From positions 12,606 to 76,605 of the forward strand of contig CAYYRJ010000010.1 in NCBI GenBank assembly GCA_964474085.1: DNA of 64,000 nucleotides, in the 5' to 3' direction. The translations under genes were made by a program, and so were the position numbers. Shown piece by piece: positions 46,196-56,200 of this stretch; position 1 is the first letter of the stretch, and each line of letters begins with the position of its first letter. The DNA comes from an uncultured Planctomycetales bacterium. Lineage in GTDB: Bacteria > Omnitrophota > Gorgyraeia > Zapsychrales > JANLHA01. The notes beneath the pieces are model-generated. The model did not search any database. It saw nothing but the letters and a program-made list of their open reading frames with translations, and was not told where the DNA came from.

Positions 46196-46291
46196 GTGAA
46201 GTTTAGCTGATTTAGTTGAGCCCTTTTTCGGCTCAATTGTTTGGCGCCTCTATGGCGCTATTCGCCTTAAAAAGGTCTCAACTAAATCAGC
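46196..46291. repeat. ~95-bp palindromic repeat element, copy B
   Basis: gtgaagtttagctgatttagttgag...cggctcaattgtttggcgcctctatggcgctattcgcc...ctcaactaaatcagc. 16-bp perfect outer stem. Confidence 0.6.
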
Positions 46292-46388
46292 AGGTAATAA
46301 GACGAATTACACATGAAATTCTAAATGTTGGTTCATTGTATCAAAACAACTCGCGCAAGTTAGAAGTTTTTTGTGCTAAAATGCGCCA

Positions 46389-47324
46389 ATGTTAACTGTC
46401 CTTCCACAGATATTTTTAGAACGCCTTGTAAAAATTGTCCCCGAAGAAAATTTTTCCGGCGTGGTGTCTTCTTTTTCGGCGCAGGGGCTAGTAAGTGTGC
46501 GGATTAACACGCTTAAAGTTACGTTAGAGGATATTGTTAGTGAACTTAACACGTTGAAAATTTCTTTTACACAAATCCCGTGGTACAAAGACGCTCTGGT
46601 TCTGCAGGGCTTAGGTGCCAAAGAATACGGTGAATTGGAGTTGGTTAAGAGGGCGTGCGTTTATCGCCAAAGTCTTTCGAGCATGCTGCCGGTTTTGGTC
46701 TTAGATCCAAAGCCAGGTGAGCGGATTTTGGATTTTTGCGCAGCGCCGGGAAGTAAGACGACCCAGATGGCGTCATTAATGAATAATCAAGGCGAGATTG
46801 TGGCTGTTGAGGCGATACGGCCACGTTTTTATAAGCTTAAAAGCGTTTGTGAGCTTTTGGGGGCGCACAATGTTTCGTTTAAATTAACCGATGCCCGGCG
46901 TTTTCGCAGTGAAGAATTGTTTGATAAAATTCTCGTCGATGCGCCTTGCAGCAGTGAAAGCCGTTTTAAGGCGGATGACCCAAAGTCGGTTGGTTATTGG
47001 AGTCTTCGCAAGATTAAGGAAATGGCGCACAAACAAAAGGGACTGCTTTTGTCGGCGAGTCGTTTTTTAAAGCCGGGCGGTGTTTTGGTGTATTCGACCT
47101 GCACGTTTGCGCCCGAGGAAAATGAAAGTGTCGTCGATTGGGTTTTGAGAAAGACACAAGGGATGTTGCAGGTGTCACCCGCGCAAGTGACCGGCGTTAA
47201 GTCTTATCCGGCTTTGGCCAGTTGGGAGCAAAGAGAATTTAGCGTGCAGGGTGAAAATCTTTTGCGCGTTTTGCCGGATGGGATGATGGAAGGTTTTTTT
47301 GTGGCTAAGTTTGTCAAACAATAA
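46389..47324 (+). CDS. RsmB/RsmF (NOL1/NOP2/Sun) family rRNA m5C methyltransferase
   Basis: AAPGSKT SAM motif and DAPCSSE catalytic motif. Confidence 0.8.
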   Translation: MLTVLPQIFLERLVKIVPEENFSGVVSSFSAQGLVSVRINTLKVTLEDIVSELNTLKISFTQIPWYKDALVLQGLGAKEYGELELVKRACVYRQSLSSMLPVLVLDPKPGERILDFCAAPGSKTTQMASLMNNQGEIVAVEAIRPRFYKLKSVCELLGAHNVSFKLTDARRFRSEELFDKILVDAPCSSESRFKADDPKSVGYWSLRKIKEMAHKQKGLLLSASRFLKPGGVLVYSTCTFAPEENESVVDWVLRKTQGMLQVSPAQVTGVKSYPALASWEQREFSVQGENLLRVLPDGMMEGFFVAKFVKQ

Positions 47325-47340
47325 TAGGCTGGAGCAAACG

Positions 47341-47712
47341 ATGATAAGAAAAAATAAAATTCTTTTAGGCTCGTTTATTTTTTTCGCGGTTTTGACTTCT
47401 GTGTTGCATGCCGCACAAGCCCCCGAAAACGGAACAATCAAAGAACTCGACGGGCAGGGACGGCTCAAGGCGATTTTAAAATACAAGAATGGCCGACTGG
47501 TCCGCAAAAGAATTTATCACGAGAATGGAAAATTGATTTTGGATACGGTTTATAAAAAAGCAACACCGATTGCGATGAAAACCTATTATCTAAACGGCGT
47601 GCTTAAAAGTGTATGGACGCAAAAAAGCGGCGAGGCGCGGTTTTATTTCCCGACGGGTCAGCATAACATGACGATTCCTGTCAAAAATTCGGAGCAGTTG
47701 CAGCAAGAATAA
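47341..47712 (+). CDS. secreted MORN-repeat (YwqK-like) protein
   Basis: Signal peptide plus YKNGRLVRKRIYHENGKL-type repeats. Confidence 0.55.
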   Translation: MIRKNKILLGSFIFFAVLTSVLHAAQAPENGTIKELDGQGRLKAILKYKNGRLVRKRIYHENGKLILDTVYKKATPIAMKTYYLNGVLKSVWTQKSGEARFYFPTGQHNMTIPVKNSEQLQQE

Positions 47713-47723
47713 TTTATCCCAAA

Positions 47724-47781
47724 TTTTGCATTACAACACAGTGCGCGACGATCCGTCGCGCACAAAAAAGTGAATGCAAAA
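47724..47781. other. 58-bp nested palindrome (inner stem gtgcgcgacg/cgtcgcgcac, outer ttttgcatt/aatgcaaaa)
   Basis: Read directly in the 92-bp gap before the CPBP gene. No clear U-tract on either strand. Confidence 0.4.
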
Positions 47782-47804
47782 TTCGGGTTTATGAGAATAT
47801 TTTT

Positions 47805-49169
47805 ATGGAATTACTTTCTTTTCTGATCGTTTATTTGTTTTTTAAATTTGATATCGCGCTTTTAAAGAAGCGCGCGTTACCGATTTTTGAAAGCGTCTTT
47901 CATTTTTCGTCGTGGCAAACACTGGGCATGGCGTTGCTGCTTATTTTAGCGCTTTTAAAAATGGGCGAGAGCGGTTTTGCGATGGTTCAGATTCTTTTTG
48001 TTCTTCTTTTGACGATTTATCTTCTGCGGCGTGTTGTATTTTTGAAATTAGTAAAGGCTTCCTCTGAATATGCCTTAGTCCAAGATGAAAATTTGCAATT
48101 AGCACTTTCGACGCTGTCGATTGTCGGATTTTGGGTTTTGGGGATGGTTGTCATGAGCCTTTGCATCGAGATTATAGAAAATATTTTACATCGAACGCTG
48201 GATCAGTTGGCGAGTTTGCTTATTTTTTCTGAAATATCCGTCGTGTTGTTCGTTGTTCTGATTTATCGGGCCGTGCGGTTTTGTAAAGGGGTAAAACTTT
48301 TTGAAGTTTTAGGTTTGGAAACCAAAGGCCTAGGCTGGGTCAAGATTTGGGTTTTGCCATCGGTTTTTGCGTTAGCCTATGCGATTTTGACTTCGCATTT
48401 TTTAGATGCCCGCCCGATACAACCCTTGACGCCGTTGCAAGATATTCTAAACTCGACGAATTCTGCGGTCCTTTTGCTTTTTTTTGCGGCCAGCGCGATT
48501 TTGACAGCGCCGTTTTTTGAGGAAATTATTTTTCGCGGTTTCTTTTTTACGCTATTGCAGCGGTTTAAGGGAAGTTTTTTTGCCGTACTTTTTGTCGCGC
48601 TTGTTTTTGGCGCTTTGCATATTGAGCAGTATTGGGGAGATTGGGATGCTATCGTGGTCGTTGGGCTTTTTGGTTTGTCGTTGACGATTCTGCGTTTGTG
48701 GAGCGGTTCAGCGGTGCCGGGGATGATTGCCCATTATATTTATAATTCGTGCCTGATCGTTGTGCCGGTTTTGACGGTTATTTTTTCTAACCCCGTTTAT
48801 TTGGACTATCAGCTTAATATGTATCGGTTGACTTATGTCCAAAAAGAGCAACGCTTGCTTAAAAGTATTGAGCAATATCCTCAGTTTAGCGAAGCTTACA
48901 ATGATTTGGCGTGGATTTATAGCGAGCAAGGTGTTCATTTGGATCGCGCTTTGGAATTTATTGATAAAGCTTTGAGTCTTGAGCCGCAAAATTATGCGTT
49001 TTTGGATACAAAAGCAGAAGTCCTCTTTAAAATGGGCCGCAAACAAGAGGCGATTGCTATTGAAGAGGATTTGATGAAAAAATATCCGCATGACCCGCAA
49101 TTGCGTCAGCAGCTTGAGAAATTTCGAGGCGGTAAATTATTTAAAGACAAAAGCAAAGTCTCTCTATGA
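47805..49169 (+). CDS. CPBP (CAAX/Abi) intramembrane metalloprotease with C-terminal TPR domain
   Basis: EEIIFRG, FGALH and HYIYN motifs, followed by TPR repeats. Confidence 0.7.
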   Translation: MELLSFLIVYLFFKFDIALLKKRALPIFESVFHFSSWQTLGMALLLILALLKMGESGFAMVQILFVLLLTIYLLRRVVFLKLVKASSEYALVQDENLQLALSTLSIVGFWVLGMVVMSLCIEIIENILHRTLDQLASLLIFSEISVVLFVVLIYRAVRFCKGVKLFEVLGLETKGLGWVKIWVLPSVFALAYAILTSHFLDARPIQPLTPLQDILNSTNSAVLLLFFAASAILTAPFFEEIIFRGFFFTLLQRFKGSFFAVLFVALVFGALHIEQYWGDWDAIVVVGLFGLSLTILRLWSGSAVPGMIAHYIYNSCLIVVPVLTVIFSNPVYLDYQLNMYRLTYVQKEQRLLKSIEQYPQFSEAYNDLAWIYSEQGVHLDRALEFIDKALSLEPQNYAFLDTKAEVLFKMGRKQEAIAIEEDLMKKYPHDPQLRQQLEKFRGGKLFKDKSKVSL

Positions 49170-49207
49170 ATTTGCTATAATACGGCGTGTTTCTTAAAGG
49201 AATCCAT

Positions 49208-50197
49208 ATGAAAAGAATTTATATTTTTACTTTCGGGTGTTTTCTATTCTGCGCAATTTCGTTTTGTTCGGCAGAGCAGGCGAGTGTTTTGGCGGCAAAT
49301 TCTGAAAACAGCGTGGTTGTTTCAACTAATGCTTTAGATTCAAGTACGGCCCCAGAGATCGCCACTAGCCTTAAGCTGGAAACAAAAATTTTTCAGATCA
49401 CCTATGTCCCTTTGCAAAGTGCTGCGAAAGAAGTGCGCGAATTTATGGGTTCTTCGCAGGGACAAGTCATCGTCAATGAAGAATCTCGCCAACTGGAAGT
49501 CTCTGCTCCCCCAGAGTTGCTTTTGAAAATTCAGGATTTACTTTCTAGCCTTGACAAACCGCACGATATTCTCGTTGACGTAAAAGTTTTGCAAATAGAT
49601 CTTAATGAAGAACATTTGCCCGGAATTAATTGGTCTGCGATTGTTTCGGATTACAAAAGTTTTACCGTTCAAGAAGACAAAAGAACATTTAGCGTCGGGA
49701 CTGTTTCAGGCGAGGATTTGGCTGTTTTGCTCGAAGCGCTTTCAACTGTCGGAGAAACAAAAGTGTTTCCAGTCAAAACAGTCAAGATCAACAGCGGATC
49801 GGATGCCGATGTTCGCCTAAAAGCTTTCGATCGTAATGTTTCTGTGACCATCGACTCGTTTAAACCTTCCGAAGAGTCGCAACAAAAGCAGGATCGCTAT
49901 ACGGCACGGCTTTTAGTCAGCCCCATAGTGACCAGCCAAAATGCGGTTGATTTGCGTATTCCTTCGGGGTTGGGTGATGTGATCAGTGTTCATGTCAAAA
50001 GCGACTGTGTTGCCGTTATCGGGGGAATATTTACACAAACCAAATCGCAATCGACAAAGAAATTTCCGTTTTTAGGTGATTTGCCGCTTGTGGGGGCTGT
50101 TTTTCGTGATCAAAGCACAGTCGTCCATCGGTTGGAAAATATTATTTTTTTAACGCCCCATATTAGTACGCCTTCGGTCGATGCCGCATCAAAATAA
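49208..50197 (+). CDS. short secretin-family protein
   Basis: Signal peptide, a secretin-N-like region, and a C-terminal FPFLGDLPLVGAVF...IIFLTPHI secretin signature. Only ~330 aa. Confidence 0.6.
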   Translation: MKRIYIFTFGCFLFCAISFCSAEQASVLAANSENSVVVSTNALDSSTAPEIATSLKLETKIFQITYVPLQSAAKEVREFMGSSQGQVIVNEESRQLEVSAPPELLLKIQDLLSSLDKPHDILVDVKVLQIDLNEEHLPGINWSAIVSDYKSFTVQEDKRTFSVGTVSGEDLAVLLEALSTVGETKVFPVKTVKINSGSDADVRLKAFDRNVSVTIDSFKPSEESQQKQDRYTARLLVSPIVTSQNAVDLRIPSGLGDVISVHVKSDCVAVIGGIFTQTKSQSTKKFPFLGDLPLVGAVFRDQSTVVHRLENIIFLTPHISTPSVDAASK

Positions 50198-50233
50198 GAT
50201 AGTGTTGTTTGGATTGGTTCAGGAGTTTTTTTT

Positions 50234-50905
50234 ATGAGGGATCATCCGCCGAAGGTTAACCGTCCCAAGCGTGATCCTGTTGATCCTGCGGCGCGGGCGT
50301 GGTTTATGATTTTTGTTCTTCTTGTCTGCGTGGGGATGATGATTTTTATCGATTTTAACCGTCGGTTATGGAATGCGCCAGCGCCAAAGCCGATTGCCGG
50401 CCGCGATTGGGGAAACCCGGATGCAGAGTTAAAAATTATTCAATTTTTGGATTTTGAATCGCCTGAGATTGTGCGTGGCGCAGAAATTATTTCTCAATTT
50501 ATGCGAAAGCATCCTCAAACGGTATTTTTGCAAACGCGGTATTTTCCGCAAGAGGACAAATCAATATTGATTACACGCTACGAAGAGTGTGCGAATCAAC
50601 AAAAGAAATTCCGCACGTTTACCACACTTCTTTTTGAGAGATATTATCAGTGGGCTGGTTTGCCGGGATTAGCACCTATTCTAAATACGATAGCTTCGGA
50701 TGCTGGTCTTGATAAAGATCAATTAAAGGGGTGTTTGGCCAGCGAGCAAACAACCGCTGTTATTGCCGTTGACCGGATTTACGGCGAGTCGATGGCTGTC
50801 AGGTCAAGCCCGACGTATTTTTTAAATGGAAAAATGGCCGTCGGTGTCGAGGCTTTAGAAAAAGCGCTTAAAGCCTGGGACGAACCATTATCGCAAGAAG
50901 AATAA
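50234..50905 (+). CDS. DsbA-like thioredoxin-fold protein lacking the CxxC active site
   Basis: GNPDAELKIIQFLDFESPEI aligns with the G..A.V.I.EF.D..CP.C region of DsbA, with ESPE replacing CPxC. TM anchor present. Confidence 0.55.
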   Translation: MRDHPPKVNRPKRDPVDPAARAWFMIFVLLVCVGMMIFIDFNRRLWNAPAPKPIAGRDWGNPDAELKIIQFLDFESPEIVRGAEIISQFMRKHPQTVFLQTRYFPQEDKSILITRYEECANQQKKFRTFTTLLFERYYQWAGLPGLAPILNTIASDAGLDKDQLKGCLASEQTTAVIAVDRIYGESMAVRSSPTYFLNGKMAVGVEALEKALKAWDEPLSQEE

Positions 50906-50907
50906 GC

Positions 50908-52206
50908 GTGAAAAATTTGCCCTTTGATATGGATGAGAAAGAAAGAAAATCTTTAACCGTTTATTTGATTGCCGCAACGGTTATTTTGTCGAATCTCGTC
51001 GTTCTGTGTGTTATTTATCAAGTCCCGTTTTTGTCGGCGCTGCCTCTGATACGCAAAGCGCTTCCCTTGATTTCGCTGGCTGGCGTTTATCCGCAGGATT
51101 TATTCCAAAATTATTTTAGAGAAGATTTGGGGATCCATTTTTTTTGGATCATGTCTGTGATTCTTTCCGGATTCGGATTGCTTGTATTTAATAAATTTGC
51201 CCGCATTGTGTTGATTGTTTTTAGCATTATTCATTTTGTTGTTTTGGGTATTATTTCTGCATTTTATTTTGGGCAAACGATGTTTTGGGGGTATTTTTTT
51301 AAATGTTATTTTAACTTGGTTGCATTTTTGTTTTATGTCGGATATTTGACTCTGCCTGAGGTTCGTCAGCAATTTGAGGGTCAAAAGAAGGACAAACGCA
51401 ATAATTTTTGGTTTTTAAAGCTGCGGCGCAAAACGCTTTTGCCCAAAGATGCGCAAGGATACTTTAATCTGGCTTTAGCGTATCAGCGTTTGGCGCGCGT
51501 CGATGAAGCGCTGGATTTTTTAAATCGTGCGGTTGCTATTGTTCCGAAAAAAGCAGAATATCATTTTGCGATCGGACAAATTCATTTCGATCGTCAGGAT
51601 TATACAGCGGCTATCAGGGCGTTGAATCAGACAATTGTCCTTGATCCGATTCATGTCAAGGGGCGCTATCTTCTGGGATTAGCGTATCAAAAAACAGGTT
51701 GTTTCAAAGAGGCGGTCGAAACTTTTCGTCGGTGCAGCTATTTAGAACCGCAAAACGGTCAAGTTTTTCGCGAGTTGGGAATGGCCTGTTATTATGCAGG
51801 GTATTTGGAAGAAGCAGAGCAAGCTTTGCACAAAGCCTTGAAGTTAGACCCGCAGGATTATCTTGCGCCGTTTTATTTGGGACTGATTATGGCCAAGGAG
51901 CCGGCGCTTATGAAAAACGCTGAGGAGTTTTTTAAAAAAGCGCTGCGATTAAAGCCGGATTTTATCGACGGATATCGTGAGCTTGGCAACTTGTCGGTTG
52001 GGTTAGGTGATTATAAAGCGGCGGTGCGCGCGTTTCGGGATGTTTTGCGGTTGGACGAAAATTTAGTCGTGGCTCATTATCACTTGGGATTCGCTTATGC
52101 GATGCTCAAAGATATGGAATCCGCTCGTCGAGAATATAAGTATTTGAAAGATGTTGATCCGGACTTGGCCCAGACTTTGGCGCTACTTTTATCCAGGGCG
52201 GGGTAA
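50908..52206 (+). CDS. membrane-anchored TPR-repeat protein
   Basis: 4-5 N-terminal TM helices then about 8 TPR repeats. GTG start; alternative ATG at 50929. Confidence 0.6.
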   Translation: MKNLPFDMDEKERKSLTVYLIAATVILSNLVVLCVIYQVPFLSALPLIRKALPLISLAGVYPQDLFQNYFREDLGIHFFWIMSVILSGFGLLVFNKFARIVLIVFSIIHFVVLGIISAFYFGQTMFWGYFFKCYFNLVAFLFYVGYLTLPEVRQQFEGQKKDKRNNFWFLKLRRKTLLPKDAQGYFNLALAYQRLARVDEALDFLNRAVAIVPKKAEYHFAIGQIHFDRQDYTAAIRALNQTIVLDPIHVKGRYLLGLAYQKTGCFKEAVETFRRCSYLEPQNGQVFRELGMACYYAGYLEEAEQALHKALKLDPQDYLAPFYLGLIMAKEPALMKNAEEFFKKALRLKPDFIDGYRELGNLSVGLGDYKAAVRAFRDVLRLDENLVVAHYHLGFAYAMLKDMESARREYKYLKDVDPDLAQTLALLLSRAG

Positions 52207-52246
52207 TTTTATGGTTAATAATCAATAGGGTCTTGGGAGTTAACGG

Positions 52247-53143
52247 ATGTCAAAAAGAACGCAGGTGGTTAAGTTATTTTTTGCGTTTTGGGGTGTTTTT
52301 TTAGTCGTGGCTTCAGCAAATGCGCAGACGAAAGACACAGTGTTTTTTGAAAAACTGGTCCCGCTTTATGAAGTCAAAAAAGATCCCGGCCCCACGGATT
52401 GGCTTGCGACACAACAGGAGAGCGGTCAAACATTTTCTGACTATACGGCTTTAAAGCCGATTATGCCAAGCGTCGATAAACCCTTTATTTATATCGCGCT
52501 TTTAGGCGATTTTAGCGCAGAACAGAAAAAAGTTTTGCAAATGACAAGCCGGTATATTGAAATTTATTTTCAGACGCCGGTCAAGTTTAGCGAGCCGCTT
52601 GAATTGTCGGTTGTCCCCCCGTCGGCTAAGCGCAAGCATCCTCAAACCGCTGATGTTCAAATTTTGACCAGTGAAGTGATCGAAAATATTTTAAAGCCGC
52701 GTATGCCAAAGGATGCGTTTTGTTTTATTGCGTTTACCTCGTCGGACCTTTGGCCGGGGGAGGGATGGAATTTTGTTTTTGGCCAAGCGTCTTTGGAAGA
52801 TCGCATCGGCGTTTGGTCGATTTATCGCAATGGCGATTTAGCCAAGGACTTTCAATTGTTTTTGCGGCGGACAATTCAAACAGGGACGCATGAAATTGGC
52901 CATTTGTTTGGATTGCATCACTGCATTTATTATGAATGTAATCTTAACGGAAGCAATTCCCGTCACGAGAGCGATTTGCGTCCTTTGTGGGAGTGCCCGG
53001 TGTGTCTGCGCAAATTAGCCTGGGGCAAAAACATGGATATTGCCAAACGTTATCGAGAGCTTGCCGAGATCAGTAGAGAATTTGGCTTTCAGCGGGAAGC
53101 AAAATTTTTTGAAGAAAACCTGCAGGTGATACAAAAGAAATAG
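52247..53143 (+). CDS. archaemetzincin-like zinc metallopeptidase (M54), secreted
   Basis: HEIGHLFGLHHC...C...CPVC matches the archaemetzincin HExxHxxGxxHC + CxxC pattern. Signal peptide present. Confidence 0.7.
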   Translation: MSKRTQVVKLFFAFWGVFLVVASANAQTKDTVFFEKLVPLYEVKKDPGPTDWLATQQESGQTFSDYTALKPIMPSVDKPFIYIALLGDFSAEQKKVLQMTSRYIEIYFQTPVKFSEPLELSVVPPSAKRKHPQTADVQILTSEVIENILKPRMPKDAFCFIAFTSSDLWPGEGWNFVFGQASLEDRIGVWSIYRNGDLAKDFQLFLRRTIQTGTHEIGHLFGLHHCIYYECNLNGSNSRHESDLRPLWECPVCLRKLAWGKNMDIAKRYRELAEISREFGFQREAKFFEENLQVIQKK

Positions 53144-53210
53144 GGAACGAGAAGAAGTTTTTTCTATTAAAGCAACTGCTTTGTTGCTGATTCCAGCATC
53201 CCTTTATATT

Positions 53211-56200
53211 ATGCCCATGACAAAAGAATTAAACGAGATTTTTACTTTACCGCAAGTCCGTGTTGTTGAAGCCTCCGCAGGCTCCGGCAAAACCTATTGC
53301 CTGGCGCGCCGTTATGTGCAGCTGTTGCTCCATCCGCGTTTCTCCGGCGACAAAATCCTTTTGCGCAACATTCTTGCGATCACTTTTACGAATAAAGCCT
53401 CTTATGCGATGAAGGGCCGGATTTTGGAATTTTTAAAAAAAATCGCTTTGGGCGTTATGCCTCCGACGGAGGTTAAGGAAATATTAACGCCGATTGATTT
53501 GTCGCTGGAGGATGCTAAGCCTGTCGCGGGCCGTATTATGGACGAACTGATTTGCCGGTATAATTTTTTTCAGGTACAAACGATCGATAGTTTTATTAAT
53601 GCACTTTTGTCCGGGTGTGCGTTTAAAATTGGACTTTCAGCAGGATTTAAAATCAAACGCAATTATCTCGAATATTTAGAACACAGTTTTGACCGCATGA
53701 TCGACCAATCTGCCGACGATAAAGCAATTTTTGAGATTTTGTCGCGGTTTTTGTACCAGTATCTTTTTCTTGAAAACAAGACCGGTTGGTTTCCCAAAAA
53801 AGACATGTTGGGCCTTCTTTCCGCACTTTATAGCCAGAGCAATACGTATGGGCGCGATTTTTTGCCTTTTGGAAAAGGTGGGGATGATCTTTATCAGCGC
53901 AAAAAAGAAATTCTTTCTCTGTTGCGGGACTTGCAGACGTCTTTGCCGCAAGGGACACACAAGAGGTTTGCCGAAAGTTTAAAGGATTTTTTGGCCCAAT
54001 ATCAGGACGGATTTGATTTTGACAGAATTTCTGAATATTTGAGCTGGGAAAATGTTCCGGTCACCAAAGGCGTTATTGTTTCTCAAGAGCTGGACCGTCT
54101 TTGGAAAAAAATCCAAAAGCAGCTTATCTTTTTAAGTGAACGCGAAGCGTACAGTTTGTTTGATCCCTACATTGACGTGTTTAATCAGGTTAATGATGAT
54201 TTTCATCTTCAGGCTGCGAAAGACGATGTGCTGTTTTTGCCGGAACTTAACCGGCGGGCGCGTGAACTTTTTGACGAAGGCAAAGTTACTGTGGAGGAAT
54301 TGTATTATCGGCTGGCGAATCGTTTTCAGCATTATTTGCTCGATGAATTTCAAGACACGAGTCGTTTGCAGTGGCAAAATTTGGAAATGATGATTGAAGA
54401 GGCGCTTTCGGTGGGCGGCACTTTATTTTATGTCGGCGATAAAAAGCAGGCGATTTATGGGTTTCGCGGCGGGGAGGTCAAACTTTTTGATGAGATTAAA
54501 CAGCGCTTTGGCGCGTTTAATGTCAGGGTTGAGGCGCTTTCAACCAATTATCGCAGCCAAAAAGCGATCGTTGATCTTAATAATCAGGTTTTTTCGCCGG
54601 AAAATCTGCGGCGTTTTATTGCGCAATTGCAAGAAGAAAAAAGTGAAGCCGCCCCATTGGGCGCCATGGACATCAGGGAAGTTGAAAGTATTTTTCATGG
54701 CGCAGAGCAAAAAGTTTCCGACGGCCATGACGGCGGGTATGTCCAAATCGAGTACGTAGAGCCGACGGGAAAAGGCGAAATCAATGAACAAATCCGTCTG
54801 CGGCTGTTGGCTGTGATTGCGGACTTAAAAAAGCGTTTTAGCTTAAGCGAGATTGCGATTTTGACACGAAGTAATTTGGAAGTTGAACAAATTACCAGCT
54901 GGCTGATGCAAAATGGGATTTTTGTTGAGTCGGAGCGGACCCTTAATATCAAAGAAAATCCGCTTATTGTGGAGCTGATCGCGTATTTGAAATTTTTGGA
55001 TTCCCCGATTGATAATTTGAGTTTTGCAAAATTTTTAAGCGGAGAAATTTTTCATAAAGTTTCCGGTTTGCCGCAACAGGAGATACATAGTTTTTTATTC
55101 AGTCATCGGCCTGCGCTGGATGCCAAAAAAGATTTTTATCTCTATCGGGCCTTTCGGCAGCAGTATCCTTTTCTCTGGGACAAAATCTTTGATGAATTCT
55201 TCAAAAATGTCGGACTGTTTGCGCTTTATGAGTTAAGTACCAGCCTTTTTCGACGGCTTGAGGTTTATGCTAATTTTCCCGACGAGCATGGATTTTTTAT
55301 GCGTTTTTTAGAACTTGTTAAAGAAAAGGAAGAGGAATTTAGCGATTTGAATTCTTTTTTGGAGCATTTTGAATTTCTCGAAAATGATGAGCTTTTTGTC
55401 AATGTCGTCAATAGCGATGCGATCAAGATTTTGACGACGCACAAATCCAAGGGATTGGAATTTCCGGTTGTTATCATCCCGTTTTTGGCAATGAAAGTGC
55501 ACGCGGCAAGTTCTGGCGGTTTAGGACAGCAAAGTTATATTGTTGATGCCAGTGAAGATCATTTGAAACTGCTGCGGATCAAAAAGAAATATTTGAGTTT
55601 TTCTGAGAAGTTGGCGCAAGTCGAGCGCGTCCAAAAAGTGCAGTCGTTTATTTCGGAACTTAACAATATTTATGTTGCACTAACGCGTGCCGAACATGAG
55701 CTGTATGCTTTTATTCCGCAAAAAATCGGGTCCAGCACAAATATTCTTAAGTTTTTGATTCCTCCGCAGTGTCTTAAAATAAATCATCCGCAAGAGCATG
55801 TGCAGGCAAAAGAGCGCATCCGAGAAAACCGTCTAAGCTTGCCGGTTTTAGGAGATCATAACTGGATTGATTTTTTGAAAGAAGAATTTGTTGACGCTGC
55901 GAGTGTTTTTCGTCGCAAAGAGCTTCAGCGCGGCGTTGTCCTGCACGATTTTTTATCACGGATCAAAAATTTATATAAAGTTGATAAAGCTCAGGCGATT
56001 AATTCTGCTTTGCAGCAATGCAAGCTTCAATATCCGCAGCAGGCCGATTGGCATTCTTTTGAGAGCGATATCAAGCGTATTTTTGAGTCTCGTGATTTAG
56101 AGCCTTTTTTTGTGATTTCTGATGGGGAAGTTTTTGTTGAAAAAAATTTGGTCAATTCTGCCGGTTTTACGCGGCGTATTGACCGGCTTATTGTTAAGCC

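Noticed and set aside
43374-46291. Interpreting the two repeat copies as a recombinase-driven invertible promoter switch
   Set aside because: Only a 38-bp core appears flipped. The simpler explanation is that each element is a near-palindrome and copy A is an inverted insertion of copy B. No recombinase gene is nearby.
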